Shown one piece after another: positions 27,777 through 36,901 of a stretch of DNA of 64,000 bases. This DNA comes from a virus (taxonomy: Duplodnaviria > Heunggongvirae > Uroviricota > Caudoviricetes). Location: the IMG/VR virus record IMGVR_UViG_3300015171_000003; one strand, given 5' to 3'. A model generated the notes under the pieces. That model was given only the letters and a program-made list of their open reading frames with translations. It was not told the origin of the DNA and did not search any database. The first letter of the stretch is position 1; each line of letters starts with the position of its first letter. The position numbers and the translations under genes were made by a program.

Positions 27777-28175
27777 CTATTCAATATTTCCATTATCTAT
27801 GTGTTTTGGTCTAACTTGTACTGGTGCATATACACCAGTTAAATTAATATTTTCTGTAATATCCTCTTTTTTCTCTTGTACATAAGAATCTGAATGGGTA
27901 TTTGTAGTTTCTACATTATTTGCAGATTTCCATTCAACAAAACTTTGTCCAGTTATCATAGCACCTCCAACAGAACCTATTAATACAAACATTAAATTTG
28001 CAACAGTAACTATATAACTTGCTGAAACTGGAAATATACATACGAGACCAACAGATGATCCATATACAATTAAGCCAACAACCATTGTTAATATAGCAAT
28101 AGTTGCTTTTTTGGATTGTCCAATTGTTTTGTGTGAATTGTAAGCCATATTTTTATAATGATCCAGAAGCAACAA
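27777..28175 (-). CDS. holin-like 2-TM membrane protein
   Basis: 132 aa with two hydrophobic helices and a charged C-terminus; it sits between the endolysin-like and spanin-like genes and overlaps the spanin-like gene. Confidence 0.45.
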   Translation of the reverse strand: MLLLDHYKNMAYNSHKTIGQSKKATIAILTMVVGLIVYGSSVGLVCIFPVSASYIVTVANLMFVLIGSVGGAMITGQSFVEWKSANNVETTNTHSDSYVQEKKEDITENINLTGVYAPVQVRPKHIDNGNIE

Positions 28176-29004
28176 TAGATCCAGTTACAGGAGATGAACT
28201 AATAGAAGAAGTGGCAGAAGTTTTATTTTGAATACTGCCAATAATTTCTTTCTCAACAAATCCAGCGGCAGCAAAAGCTCCTGGTATAATAAATTTTATA
28301 CCACTCAAAACCACACCACCGACAGTTTTAAATCCACTTAAAATAGTGTTGAATATTGGAGAAATATTTAACCCACTTAATACTCTTATAGCAAAGAATA
28401 TAACAGTTCCTCCTACAGCAAACCAAATCGCAGACATAAATAATCTCTTAAATCCGTCAATGATTTCATAAATTCCAAACCATTTGTGTAAATTATCAAG
28501 TTCCTTTTCGGCAGTATCCGCTTTAGCTAATAGCACAGTTGTTTTATCTGTAAATTCTTTTTGTTGTTTATTTAAATCAACAACCATTTGATCTATTTGT
28601 TTTTGATTATTAGATATTTGCATATCCTTTTTTGATAGTAAAGCATCACCTATTTTTTGCTGAGCAACTAATTCAGATGTCAAATTATCAACTATGTCAG
28701 TGATTTCTAAAACTTGATTTTTGTCTGGCAATCCCACTATGGCTTGAATTCTATCATTAAGTTTCTTAATAGTTAAATCAATTTGAGATGGTTGTTTTCC
28801 TTTAAGTAAGGCCAAATTTTCCCCATAACAAAATTCAGAAACATTACTTTTAATATTATTGAATTGTTTTTGCAAAACTGTTAATTGGCTTGTAGTAATT
28901 TGTAATTTATCTTTTACATATTTTAGTTCCAAGTCATCGTCACATCCCGTTAGTGATAAACACAAAACTCCTACTAATATCCAAATAAACTTAAATTTTT
29001 TCAT
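28153..29004 (-). CDS. unimolecular-spanin-like outer-membrane lipoprotein (lipobox + coiled coil + C-terminal TM)
   Basis: Signal plus lipobox LSLTGC followed by DDD; a long coiled-coil middle; a C-terminal hydrophobic segment FMSAIWFAVGGTVIFFAI... Confidence 0.5.
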   Translation of the reverse strand: MKKFKFIWILVGVLCLSLTGCDDDLELKYVKDKLQITTSQLTVLQKQFNNIKSNVSEFCYGENLALLKGKQPSQIDLTIKKLNDRIQAIVGLPDKNQVLEITDIVDNLTSELVAQQKIGDALLSKKDMQISNNQKQIDQMVVDLNKQQKEFTDKTTVLLAKADTAEKELDNLHKWFGIYEIIDGFKRLFMSAIWFAVGGTVIFFAIRVLSGLNISPIFNTILSGFKTVGGVVLSGIKFIIPGAFAAAGFVEKEIIGSIQNKTSATSSISSSPVTGSIVASGSL

Positions 29005-29037
29005 AATAATGCCTTTATAGCATACATAGTAAGAAAT

Positions 29038-30288
29038 TTATAAAGAACTTAATTCTTGTTCTAATAAATGCAATATTTTTTCTGAAACTGTAGAATACCA
29101 AGCATCAGAGACAATATCTGTATTTGAATCGCCATTATGAAAAGCACCAATAGCATCACAATTAACCAAAGCTTTTAACAATTTAATAATTGATTCATTT
29201 ACTTTGACTTCATTTTTGATTTGAAGACCTTCATTAAGGTATATACGATATTTTTTAAGATCATTAGTTACAATTCTTTTAATTTCTGCTAAGTCAACTG
29301 TTGGGTTCATATTTTTATTATCAGTTAAATATCTATCTAATCCAGAATAATAGTGTGGATCTTGTTTAATTTTATTAATTGCTCTCGATTTGGCTTTTGT
29401 TTTTTCGGGAATTTCCATTCTTTCCATCTCATACTTAATACCCTGCAAAAGTTCGTCTTTATCTATTCCTGGAACATCAGTATCTTTATCATCAACCGTG
29501 TTATAATCGTATGAGATTACGTTTACAGGAGGAAAACTAGTTCTAGTATATGATACCTGTGGATCTGGTGTAGATGCTTGTCCTAGTGGTGCTGTAGCTC
29601 CACCAGCAGCACTTCCATATCCACCACCACCTAAGTTATATGCTAAATACTCTTTAATTGTCTCTTCTGGAACAGGATTTTTTGGATTTTGGGGAGTTAT
29701 TGGTTGTTCTGGCTCTGGAATTTTTGATTCTGGTTTTTCTTCTGGAGTTTCTTCTTTGTCGGGAACATCACTAACCTTCTTAAAATTAATCCATTGTTTT
29801 TTTGTTCCGGCTTCCCCAAATACACCTTTCTTAAATAAAAACTTTTTACCAAAAAATGTTCTATCTCCAATAAAATTGTCACCCATCCCCTTTTTGACAT
29901 AGGCTAATGTTAAATGTGGTTTATAGTCATTATACTTATTTTGATATGGTACTTTACTTCTTATTTCTTCATTCAATTTAGATAAAGCAGGACTATCAAT
30001 ATCTATTTTAATAACATCAAAATCATTATTATTATCAAATAAAGTAATTTCTTTTAGAACTATTTCTACTGGAAGAGTTTCTGAATAAATTTTCTTAACA
30101 GCATCTAAATATTTATTACTTTTAATTCCATAAAGAATTGTTATGTGAGATTCATATTCTTTTGGATCATCAATAACATCAGGGAAATCTGTGGCTAAAA
30201 TGTTATCAGGAATATTGTCATCAATATACTTCTTGAAAATGAAGTTGTTCTTAAAATAAATGGCGGAAATACAATCGTACATATCCAT
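29038..30288 (-). CDS. 2H phosphoesterase (LigT/CPDase-like) N-terminal domain fused to a large C-terminal region of unknown function
   Basis: Two HxT/Sx motifs (HITILYG and HLTLAYV) about 80 aa apart, followed by a Gly-rich linker and an unknown C-terminal region of about 200 aa. Confidence 0.55.
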   Translation of the reverse strand: MDMYDCISAIYFKNNFIFKKYIDDNIPDNILATDFPDVIDDPKEYESHITILYGIKSNKYLDAVKKIYSETLPVEIVLKEITLFDNNNDFDVIKIDIDSPALSKLNEEIRSKVPYQNKYNDYKPHLTLAYVKKGMGDNFIGDRTFFGKKFLFKKGVFGEAGTKKQWINFKKVSDVPDKEETPEEKPESKIPEPEQPITPQNPKNPVPEETIKEYLAYNLGGGGYGSAAGGATAPLGQASTPDPQVSYTRTSFPPVNVISYDYNTVDDKDTDVPGIDKDELLQGIKYEMERMEIPEKTKAKSRAINKIKQDPHYYSGLDRYLTDNKNMNPTVDLAEIKRIVTNDLKKYRIYLNEGLQIKNEVKVNESIIKLLKALVNCDAIGAFHNGDSNTDIVSDAWYSTVSEKILHLLEQELSSL

Positions 30289-30327
30289 ATAAATATATGA
30301 AACTATGCGATTCGATCAAAATGTAAC

Positions 30328-31191
30328 TCAAATTAATTTAGATAAAAGTTCTATATTTTTTGAAAATCTATCTGTTCTAGGCATTTTTGATTTTATATAT
30401 TCATCTTTTGCAACAGAAAAATTATTGTTTTTTATAGCAGATATGAAATTCTTGAATTTTAAAAACCCATTTGTTCCCAAATTATATATCAAATCAAAAC
30501 AAACTAATTGAACTTGGCTTGGCAATGAATCATAATTTGGTATTATTTTTTCTAATTCATTATGGAATTCTTTTTCATATTGTTTAAATACTTCGTACAT
30601 TCCTTTATCTGTTATTCCCTTATTCCCCAATTTAATTTGTTCAAAATCTTCTAACGAAATACCTGCCGCCAGAAAACATTTTTTTGCAAGTGGTTGTTCT
30701 AAATTAAAACCAATTCCTATTGTCCAATGACCTTTAGTATCTCTATATCTAAAATTTTTAGATCCTTCATTTTCTTTCTCATAAGAAATTAAATCATTTT
30801 GATAATTTATATTTTGTGTATTTGCTGGAGGAAAATCTAACAACTCTTGTAAAGATATTTTTTTATCAAATCCATTGGTTCCTCCATGATTATCCATAGA
30901 ATTTCTTGCTGCAACACACGCTTTAAATGATTTAGATTTATCAAACCATGCTTCACAAAAATCCTGTATAGTATCAAAATTACTAATGAGTTCATTTTTT
31001 CTATAAAAACCAATAGATCCACCACTAAATTCTATAAGTTTACAATTCTTTAGAATATTTTTTTCATTTTCATTTTTACTATTATCTATATCATCATCTA
31101 TAACTTCTTTTGGAAAAGGAATAATATGTGATACAGATTCGTTCAATTTTTTTCTATTTCGTATGTCTCGCAAAATATTAATTAATTTCAT
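30328..31191 (-). CDS. T4-type (GH24) lysozyme domain protein with an N-terminal extension
   Basis: FRYRDTKGHWTIGIGFNL matches T4 lysozyme KIYKDTEGYYTIGIGHLL, with an upstream Glu in YEKENEG. Confidence 0.6.
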   Translation of the reverse strand: MKLINILRDIRNRKKLNESVSHIIPFPKEVIDDDIDNSKNENEKNILKNCKLIEFSGGSIGFYRKNELISNFDTIQDFCEAWFDKSKSFKACVAARNSMDNHGGTNGFDKKISLQELLDFPPANTQNINYQNDLISYEKENEGSKNFRYRDTKGHWTIGIGFNLEQPLAKKCFLAAGISLEDFEQIKLGNKGITDKGMYEVFKQYEKEFHNELEKIIPNYDSLPSQVQLVCFDLIYNLGTNGFLKFKNFISAIKNNNFSVAKDEYIKSKMPRTDRFSKNIELLSKLI

Positions 31192-31225
31192 AATTTATAA
31201 GTATTAAATATGTACAAAAAAGGAA

Positions 31226-31657
31226 TCAATCAGGCAAGTGAATCAATTCTATATCCCATTCTTTCGCTAATTCCTTAACATATTCATTATCATAAACAGA
31301 AGTTGTACTTTCTTCTAAATAAACTATTTTTTGGATTCCAAAGTTTACTAATTGTTTGAAACAATCTAAACATGGAAATAATGTTGTAGCAGCTATGTAA
31401 CAATCTCCAGGAATACAATACGGCGCAGCAAATTTAATAGCATTAGATTCTGCGTGTATAACTTTGGGTCTTCTAGTTGATCGGCAACTATAGTCCAATT
31501 GTTTTTTTGAAGGTGCTCCATTAAATCCAGTTGATGCAATTGAATTATTTTTTCTTAAAATACAGGCACCAACTTTCATCCAAGGATCAATACTTTTTAT
31601 AGATGCTGTTTTTGCTATTTCTAATGCATATTCTTCCCAACTAATTTTATTTTCCAT
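31226..31657 (-). CDS. dCMP deaminase (CMP/dCMP deaminase zinc-binding family)
   Basis: HAESNAI and PCLDC zinc-binding motifs; 143 aa. Confidence 0.75.
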   Translation of the reverse strand: MENKISWEEYALEIAKTASIKSIDPWMKVGACILRKNNSIASTGFNGAPSKKQLDYSCRSTRRPKVIHAESNAIKFAAPYCIPGDCYIAATTLFPCLDCFKQLVNFGIQKIVYLEESTTSVYDNEYVKELAKEWDIELIHLPD

Positions 31658-31661
31658 AACA

Positions 31662-32306
31662 CTATTTTATATTAAAAATGGTTTTATAATATTCATATCT
31701 ATTATCATAAATATTTTTTTTCTTAATTTCTCTACAATTAATACAACACCCATTAATTTTTTCCTGTCGATTCCTCACCCACCCACAAGAATATTGCATT
31801 TCTTTTTTACAAATTGGACAATTTCTTAACCATATTAATTTACCATCAATAGTTTTTACTGTTAATTCTTTATAAAGAAAATTATTTTTTATTAATGTAT
31901 TTCTTATTTTATTTTTAACTTCTTGTGATAATTTTATATTTCTTTTTGGTGATATTTTTCCTAATAATGAATTTCTAATTTTTTCTCTACAAACCAAAGA
32001 TACAACATGTCCTTTTTTAGAACAACTTCTACATACAGAATTTTCTTTTATTGCTCTTCTTAATTTACATTTACTAGTATATATTTTTTCCGCTCCACAT
32101 TTGGGACATTTTCTAGACAGACTTTTCTTTTTAGATTTATTTATTAATTGACAACAACATACACACTTACTATTTTTTCTTATAGCAATATTAAGATTTT
32201 TTTCTGATTTATAATTTTGTTCTTTATTACATTCGGGACAATTTTTTGTCCACTTTTTTATATCTATTTTTGTTTTTTGTTCTAACAACTTCTTTGTTTC
32301 GTTCAT
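31662..32306 (-). CDS. Cys-rich multi-zinc-ribbon protein
   Basis: Multiple CxxC pairs (CPECN, CVCCC, CPKCG, CRSC, CPICK, CINC). Confidence 0.45.
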   Translation of the reverse strand: MNETKKLLEQKTKIDIKKWTKNCPECNKEQNYKSEKNLNIAIRKNSKCVCCCQLINKSKKKSLSRKCPKCGAEKIYTSKCKLRRAIKENSVCRSCSKKGHVVSLVCREKIRNSLLGKISPKRNIKLSQEVKNKIRNTLIKNNFLYKELTVKTIDGKLIWLRNCPICKKEMQYSCGWVRNRQEKINGCCINCREIKKKNIYDNRYEYYKTIFNIK

Positions 32307-32324
32307 GATAAAAAATGTGATAAA

Positions 32325-32528
32325 TTATTTATATATTTTAGTAAATTTTTTTGAAGGCGACATATAATCATTTACTAATCCATTAATAAAATCAGATGTT
32401 TCTTCATTTGTACAATAATGTAAATATTGAGGAATTAATCTATCAATTTGTATTTTTAAATATTTAGATTTTTCTTTGTTTGATGAAGAATCAAATATAT
32501 CAATATTTTCCTGTGCGTCAGATGTCAT
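32325..32528 (-). CDS. hypothetical protein
   Basis: 67-aa ORF. Confidence 0.3.
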   Translation of the reverse strand: MTSDAQENIDIFDSSSNKEKSKYLKIQIDRLIPQYLHYCTNEETSDFINGLVNDYMSPSKKFTKIYK

Positions 32529-32534
32529 AACATT

Positions 32535-32999
32535 TTACTTTTCATAGTACTTCAATTTCTTCGCAAGATCAATTAATTCTTCAAGTGAATCAACTTGTTT
32601 GATATTATAGTTTTCACAAACAATATCAACATTTCCTTTTTTCCAATATCCCTTTGGACAACAAACAATAATATTGAAATCATGACAATGAATTCCCAAT
32701 TCGAGTAAAGAAATTGGTGCCTTTGATTCTGGTGAGAAATAAAGTAGAATCCAATGACACTTATTCATTGCATTTAATTCCCAATTTACTTGTTCATTAA
32801 AATAAGAATCTTTTATATCTTCAACACAATCTTTCCAATCTAATCTTCTTGGATTTAATATAATACAATCTTCATCTTTAAGACCATTTGCTACTTTAGT
32901 TTGCCACTAAACAGCTTTTCCTTGATCTATTGATCCAGCAAGAAATAAAGAAATTTTATCTAATTTTGGAAGTTTATTAGGAGCGTATACAATTTTCAT
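32535..32999 (-). pseudogene. nucleoside 2-deoxyribosyltransferase-like gene interrupted by one in-frame TAG (codon 31, at 32907-32909). It is either a pseudogene or a read-through/recoded gene.
   Basis: Hand translation from ATG 32999 gives MKIVYAPNKLPKLDKISLFLAGSIDQGKAV*WQTKVANGLKDEDCIILNPRRLDW...NAMNKCHW, which runs in frame into track ORF 32535..32768. LFLAGS and SLLELG are NDT-family motifs. Confidence 0.45.
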
Positions 33000-33007
33000 A
33001 GTGAATA

Positions 33008-33295
33008 TTATATTTTAAATATTGCATTAAATTTCTTTATAACTTCATTAACCATATCAATCTGTTCTTTATTAAAATGTTGAGTATATACTTTTTGACA
33101 AAGTTCATTTGATTTGGAATAATGCAAATAAAATTTATATCCTTTTGTTGTATGTTCTATTTTAGCTCCATCTCTAATAGCAGAAATAACATCTTCAGGA
33201 TGAATTCCATCTCTAGATTCCCATGTATCCAAACCTTCTTTTCTATCTTGTGGTCCAAATTCCGACATTCTTCGTTCGCATGTTTGTTTATTCAT
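33008..33295 (-). CDS. hypothetical protein
   Basis: 95-aa ORF. Confidence 0.4.
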   Translation of the reverse strand: MNKQTCERRMSEFGPQDRKEGLDTWESRDGIHPEDVISAIRDGAKIEHTTKGYKFYLHYSKSNELCQKVYTQHFNKEQIDMVNEVIKKFNAIFKI

Positions 33296-33621
33296 AAATT
33301 TAATTCTAATTGATTAACATCTACAGATTCTTTATTATCTTTATCAACACATTCTTTAATAAAGTTTGAAATATTAATAGCATTTTCTTCTGAAATAATC
33401 ATATAATCATTCCACACTTCTTTATTCCAAAGAATTTGCCAGCACCATCTTAATCTTTCTTTTAATGAGCATTGAATACTATGTGGATCTCGTTTAAAAA
33501 TTGATACATCATATGTTCTATAAATGTCCTTTGAGATTTTTAATATTCCACAATCACAATCACAAGAAATATATAATTCTTCCTTCTTCTTTAATAACTG
33601 ATAAAATTGATTCATTGTCAT
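33292..33621 (-). CDS. hypothetical protein
   Basis: 109-aa ORF. Confidence 0.4.
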   Translation of the reverse strand: MTMNQFYQLLKKKEELYISCDCDCGILKISKDIYRTYDVSIFKRDPHSIQCSLKERLRWCWQILWNKEVWNDYMIISEENAINISNFIKECVDKDNKESVDVNQLELNL

Positions 33622-33762
33622 ATTATTTTTCCGTTTTAGCAGAAGAATATTTTAAATCCTTCTTTAATGTTTCCTTTGTTTGCAAAATCCAAATTGTTTC
33701 TACTTGTCCCACCCAAGTTTTTGCTTTTATAGGAGATAATCCATAATATGTGTTATTTTTCA

Positions 33763-33951
33763 TTATGATTTATTTTTAACTGTTTTTTTACTTTCTTCCA
33801 ACATTTCCCATGTTATATATGGAATTTTGCCATCTCTAAGAACATCTATTAAAGATTCTAAACAATTCAACATTCCTTGTTCGTAAGAATCCTTACATAA
33901 TTTTTTTAATTTTTCACCAAAAGTATCTTTTAATTCATCGGGAATTTCCAT
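33763..33951 (-). CDS. hypothetical protein
   Basis: 62-aa ORF. Confidence 0.35.
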   Translation of the reverse strand: MEIPDELKDTFGEKLKKLCKDSYEQGMLNCLESLIDVLRDGKIPYITWEMLEESKKTVKNKS

Positions 33952-33957
33952 ATTAAA

Positions 33958-34347
33958 TTATTTATTCAAAATTTTTGTAAAATCTGGTTTTCTATATCCA
34001 ATGCCCTTTAAAACTTTTCCAAATTCATTATAAATTGGATTTCCATCCTCATCTAACTTTGAAAGATTAGAAGCATGTACTTCTTCAAGACCCGCCTGTT
34101 TATGTTTATGAAGTCCTAATGATAAATATGCACCATCTAGAACATATTGAATATCAGTTAATGCATCAAGTGCTTCTACAACATCTCCTGTTTCTAATGC
34201 TTCTTTTAATTCATTTAGTTCTTCTTGAATCAAATCAATTCTCAATTTATTGATAGCAGGATTAGATAAATCCGGCTCATCTTTGATTGGCTGTCTATAA
34301 ATTGTGTGGAACTCCTGTACCATTTCTAATGATGTTTTTTTATTCAT
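33958..34347 (-). CDS. MazG-like nucleotide pyrophosphohydrolase
   Basis: EELNELKEALETGDVVEALDALTDIQYVLDGAY matches the all-alpha NTP-PPase EExxE...EAxDxxxDxxY pattern. Confidence 0.6.
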   Translation of the reverse strand: MNKKTSLEMVQEFHTIYRQPIKDEPDLSNPAINKLRIDLIQEELNELKEALETGDVVEALDALTDIQYVLDGAYLSLGLHKHKQAGLEEVHASNLSKLDEDGNPIYNEFGKVLKGIGYRKPDFTKILNK

Positions 34348-34348
34348 T

Positions 34349-34549
34349 TTATTTTCTTATTTTTTTTATTTTTTCTAAATCAATTTGTGTTTGAATTTCG
34401 AATGCTTTATCCATCTTATATTCTCTTCCATCTAAATCAACAAATTTATGGTCACTATCATTATACCCCCATCCAGAAGAAATTAAATATCTATAAATAT
34501 TCATTGATGTATCAATTGTTGGTAGTTCTTCTTTAGTCATGCAAACCAA
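34349..34549 (-). CDS. hypothetical protein
   Basis: 66-aa ORF. Confidence 0.3.
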   Translation of the reverse strand: MVCMTKEELPTIDTSMNIYRYLISSGWGYNDSDHKFVDLDGREYKMDKAFEIQTQIDLEKIKKIRK

Positions 34550-34916
34550 CTTTCTTTTGATTTCTTATATTTTCTAAATTAATTTGTGGGCGAATTACTT
34601 TCAAAGTTTTTGTATAATCTTCGAGAAATTTAACATAGTCTTGCTGTGACCTAGCATTCATGAGTTGTTGACATAACTTCAGTAGATGCTGCTCATGATG
34701 TGCGGCTTTCTTAGGAATGGTATCAGTCCGATCTTCAGAAAATAAATATCCCTTTTCTTCCAATGCTAATGACAAATCTTCAGCAACTTTAATTGCATCA
34801 CCATAAGCAACAGTCAAAAGTCCATCGGTACAAACTTTTATAATAATCTGACTGGAGATATTTTGTATAAATTCTGTTTTATTCATGAACAAATATAATA
34901 TCAAATATAATCCCAA
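34533..34916 (-). CDS. hypothetical protein
   Basis: 127-aa ORF with higher GC than its neighbours. Confidence 0.35.
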   Translation of the reverse strand: MGLYLILYLFMNKTEFIQNISSQIIIKVCTDGLLTVAYGDAIKVAEDLSLALEEKGYLFSEDRTDTIPKKAAHHEQHLLKLCQQLMNARSQQDYVKFLEDYTKTLKVIRPQINLENIRNQKKVGLHD

Positions 34917-34924
34917 TGGTAAAT

Positions 34925-35458
34925 TTATTTTAACTTAATTCTCAAAACAAAATCATTTGATGAATATGTCACATTATTATTTTCTCCATAAACTTCTTTT
35001 GAAGTTCCCAAATATTCAAATCCACACTTGACATAAAAATCTTTGGCGTTATCTGTGAAAACATAGAGATATTCATAATCAAACAATCCTTTTAAAATAT
35101 AAATTGTTTCTTGTAATATTTCTTTACCAATTCCCATTTTTTGATATTTTTCAATAATACCAAACCAACTAAGCCACAATGTATAATTGTCGCCTATTTT
35201 CCATAAATACCAACCAGTGATACCAATAGGAATTAATGGCTTTGTATTATACTCATAAACAATTCTTTGCTCCCAAGATACAGCATATTTTGGATCTATT
35301 GAATAACAAGGACATGTGTCTTTTTTAGTACTCATAGGAATTAATCCTATATATTTTGCACAAGATAACACAAATTGCCCTTGATCTCCAAAATCAATTC
35401 CTCTAATAATAGGATCATATTGATTAAACTCTGTGGGTTGTATTAAAAGATATTCCAT
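34925..35458 (-). CDS. GNAT-family N-acetyltransferase
   Basis: Motif A QKMGIGKEIL. Confidence 0.6.
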   Translation of the reverse strand: MEYLLIQPTEFNQYDPIIRGIDFGDQGQFVLSCAKYIGLIPMSTKKDTCPCYSIDPKYAVSWEQRIVYEYNTKPLIPIGITGWYLWKIGDNYTLWLSWFGIIEKYQKMGIGKEILQETIYILKGLFDYEYLYVFTDNAKDFYVKCGFEYLGTSKEVYGENNNVTYSSNDFVLRIKLK

Positions 35459-35462
35459 ATTT

Positions 35463-35966
35463 TTAGTTTTTATTTAAATCGTATTCCATAATAATATTGT
35501 TTTCTCCATTATATTTTGCAACATCAATTTGATTCCACCCATGTTTTTTGTGATATGAAAAAGCATCTGTTGTGTCTAAATAAACTTTTTCAAATCCCAA
35601 AGATTTTACATAATCCAATCTTACTTTAGTTAATTTTTCTCCAAGTTTATTTCCTCTATATTTTGGTTCTACCCAAAGAAGAAAAAACCATGGAGAATAA
35701 TTAGGAACTTTATTCCAAGTTAAAGAAAACATTCCTGTTCCAATAGGATCTTTTTCTGTTTCTGTTCTAAGACAGAAAATTCTTTCACTAGTTTTTGTTG
35801 GAATAAAATTTTCAATTTCTTTATCAGCATCTTCTTTAGAATAATCCCACCTTATTTGTATAAGATTGGATAAATATGGAATATCTTTTTCTGTTGCTTT
35901 TGTTATAATAAAATCCATATTAATCCAATAAAGCTTTTCCAATAATAGGAGCAACACTATAAACAC
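35463..35966 (-). CDS. GNAT-family N-acetyltransferase
   Basis: Motif A YRGNKLGEKL; tandem with the previous GNAT. Confidence 0.6.
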   Translation of the reverse strand: MFIVLLLLLEKLYWINMDFIITKATEKDIPYLSNLIQIRWDYSKEDADKEIENFIPTKTSERIFCLRTETEKDPIGTGMFSLTWNKVPNYSPWFFLLWVEPKYRGNKLGEKLTKVRLDYVKSLGFEKVYLDTTDAFSYHKKHGWNQIDVAKYNGENNIIMEYDLNKN

Positions 35967-36873
35967 TCATAAATGAATGTCTACAATCAGAATATATCAT
36001 CTGAGCATATGTATTAGGATGTGTATTAGTCATTGCAATTTTATTGATTACATCATCTTTGTGTCCTGCTAACTTTTCATACCAACCTTTAGTGAGAACA
36101 CCATGACTCATTACAGCATAAATTTTATTAGCACCTTCTCTTTTATAAATTTCAGCAGCTTTAATCAAAGAAGATCCAGACCGCAACATGTCGTCATAAA
36201 TCACTACAATCTTATCCTTAACATCAGCATTAACTCCTGTGATGTCAGTACTAGATCCTGAATTACGTCGCTTATAACAGAAAGCAGACTCTATCTTATA
36301 ATCTTCTGAATAGGATCTAGATAAGTATTCAACATTCTTTGCTCTACCCACATCAGTTGTTGCAATAACATATTCTTTAGTTCCGGCAATTTCATTGCAC
36401 ATTTGTTGAATTAATGATGTTGTATTGATTTGTGAAGTGTATACACCTCCTTCAAAGAATTCTGTAATAACTGGGGTATGTAAATCCAAGAAATAAAATT
36501 TATTACCATAAGCTGCTCTTGGAATATTAGAAAGCATTGTTGCTCTAATTTTAGCAGCAATAATTTCACCATTCTTAGTTGCGCGTTCCATTGTGGCATA
36601 TCCATAATAAGGAATAACAATATTTAATCTCTTTGCTCCCATTGTAACTAATGTAGAACAAATACTAATCAATTCAACAATATCATCATTTGTTTGGGTC
36701 CCAGCTATTACACAACAAACTTCTCCATCTACTTGTTCTAAAATTCTAAGATAAATTTCTTGGTCTGGAAATTGTTCTCTTTCAATTTTCCCACATTTAA
36801 ATGAATTGGGATATTCCTTTAGAATCTCATCTTTGAGATAATCATATTTTTCAGTTGAAAATAATAATTTCAT
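35920..36873 (-). CDS. prs: ribose-phosphate pyrophosphokinase (PRPP synthetase) family protein; a PRPP synthetase and an ADP-ribose pyrophosphokinase (Adps-type) homolog cannot be told apart by eye
   Basis: C-terminal PRPP-binding region VIYDDMLRSGSSL...KIYAVMSHGV; 317 aa. Confidence 0.7.
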   Translation of the reverse strand: MKLLFSTEKYDYLKDEILKEYPNSFKCGKIEREQFPDQEIYLRILEQVDGEVCCVIAGTQTNDDIVELISICSTLVTMGAKRLNIVIPYYGYATMERATKNGEIIAAKIRATMLSNIPRAAYGNKFYFLDLHTPVITEFFEGGVYTSQINTTSLIQQMCNEIAGTKEYVIATTDVGRAKNVEYLSRSYSEDYKIESAFCYKRRNSGSSTDITGVNADVKDKIVVIYDDMLRSGSSLIKAAEIYKREGANKIYAVMSHGVLTKGWYEKLAGHKDDVINKIAMTNTHPNTYAQMIYSDCRHSFMSVYSVAPIIGKALLD

Positions 36874-36901
36874 AATTTTTTTCTATCTCTTCGTGCATCA
36901 A

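Noticed and set aside
35920-36873. Firm assignment of the Prs-family gene as an ADP-ribose pyrophosphokinase (NARP1 Adps) rather than a PRPP synthetase
   Set aside because: The two are homologous and cannot be told apart by eye from motifs. The gene is not adjacent to the NAMPT-like gene as described for NARP1 pairs. It is left as Prs-family with both options stated.
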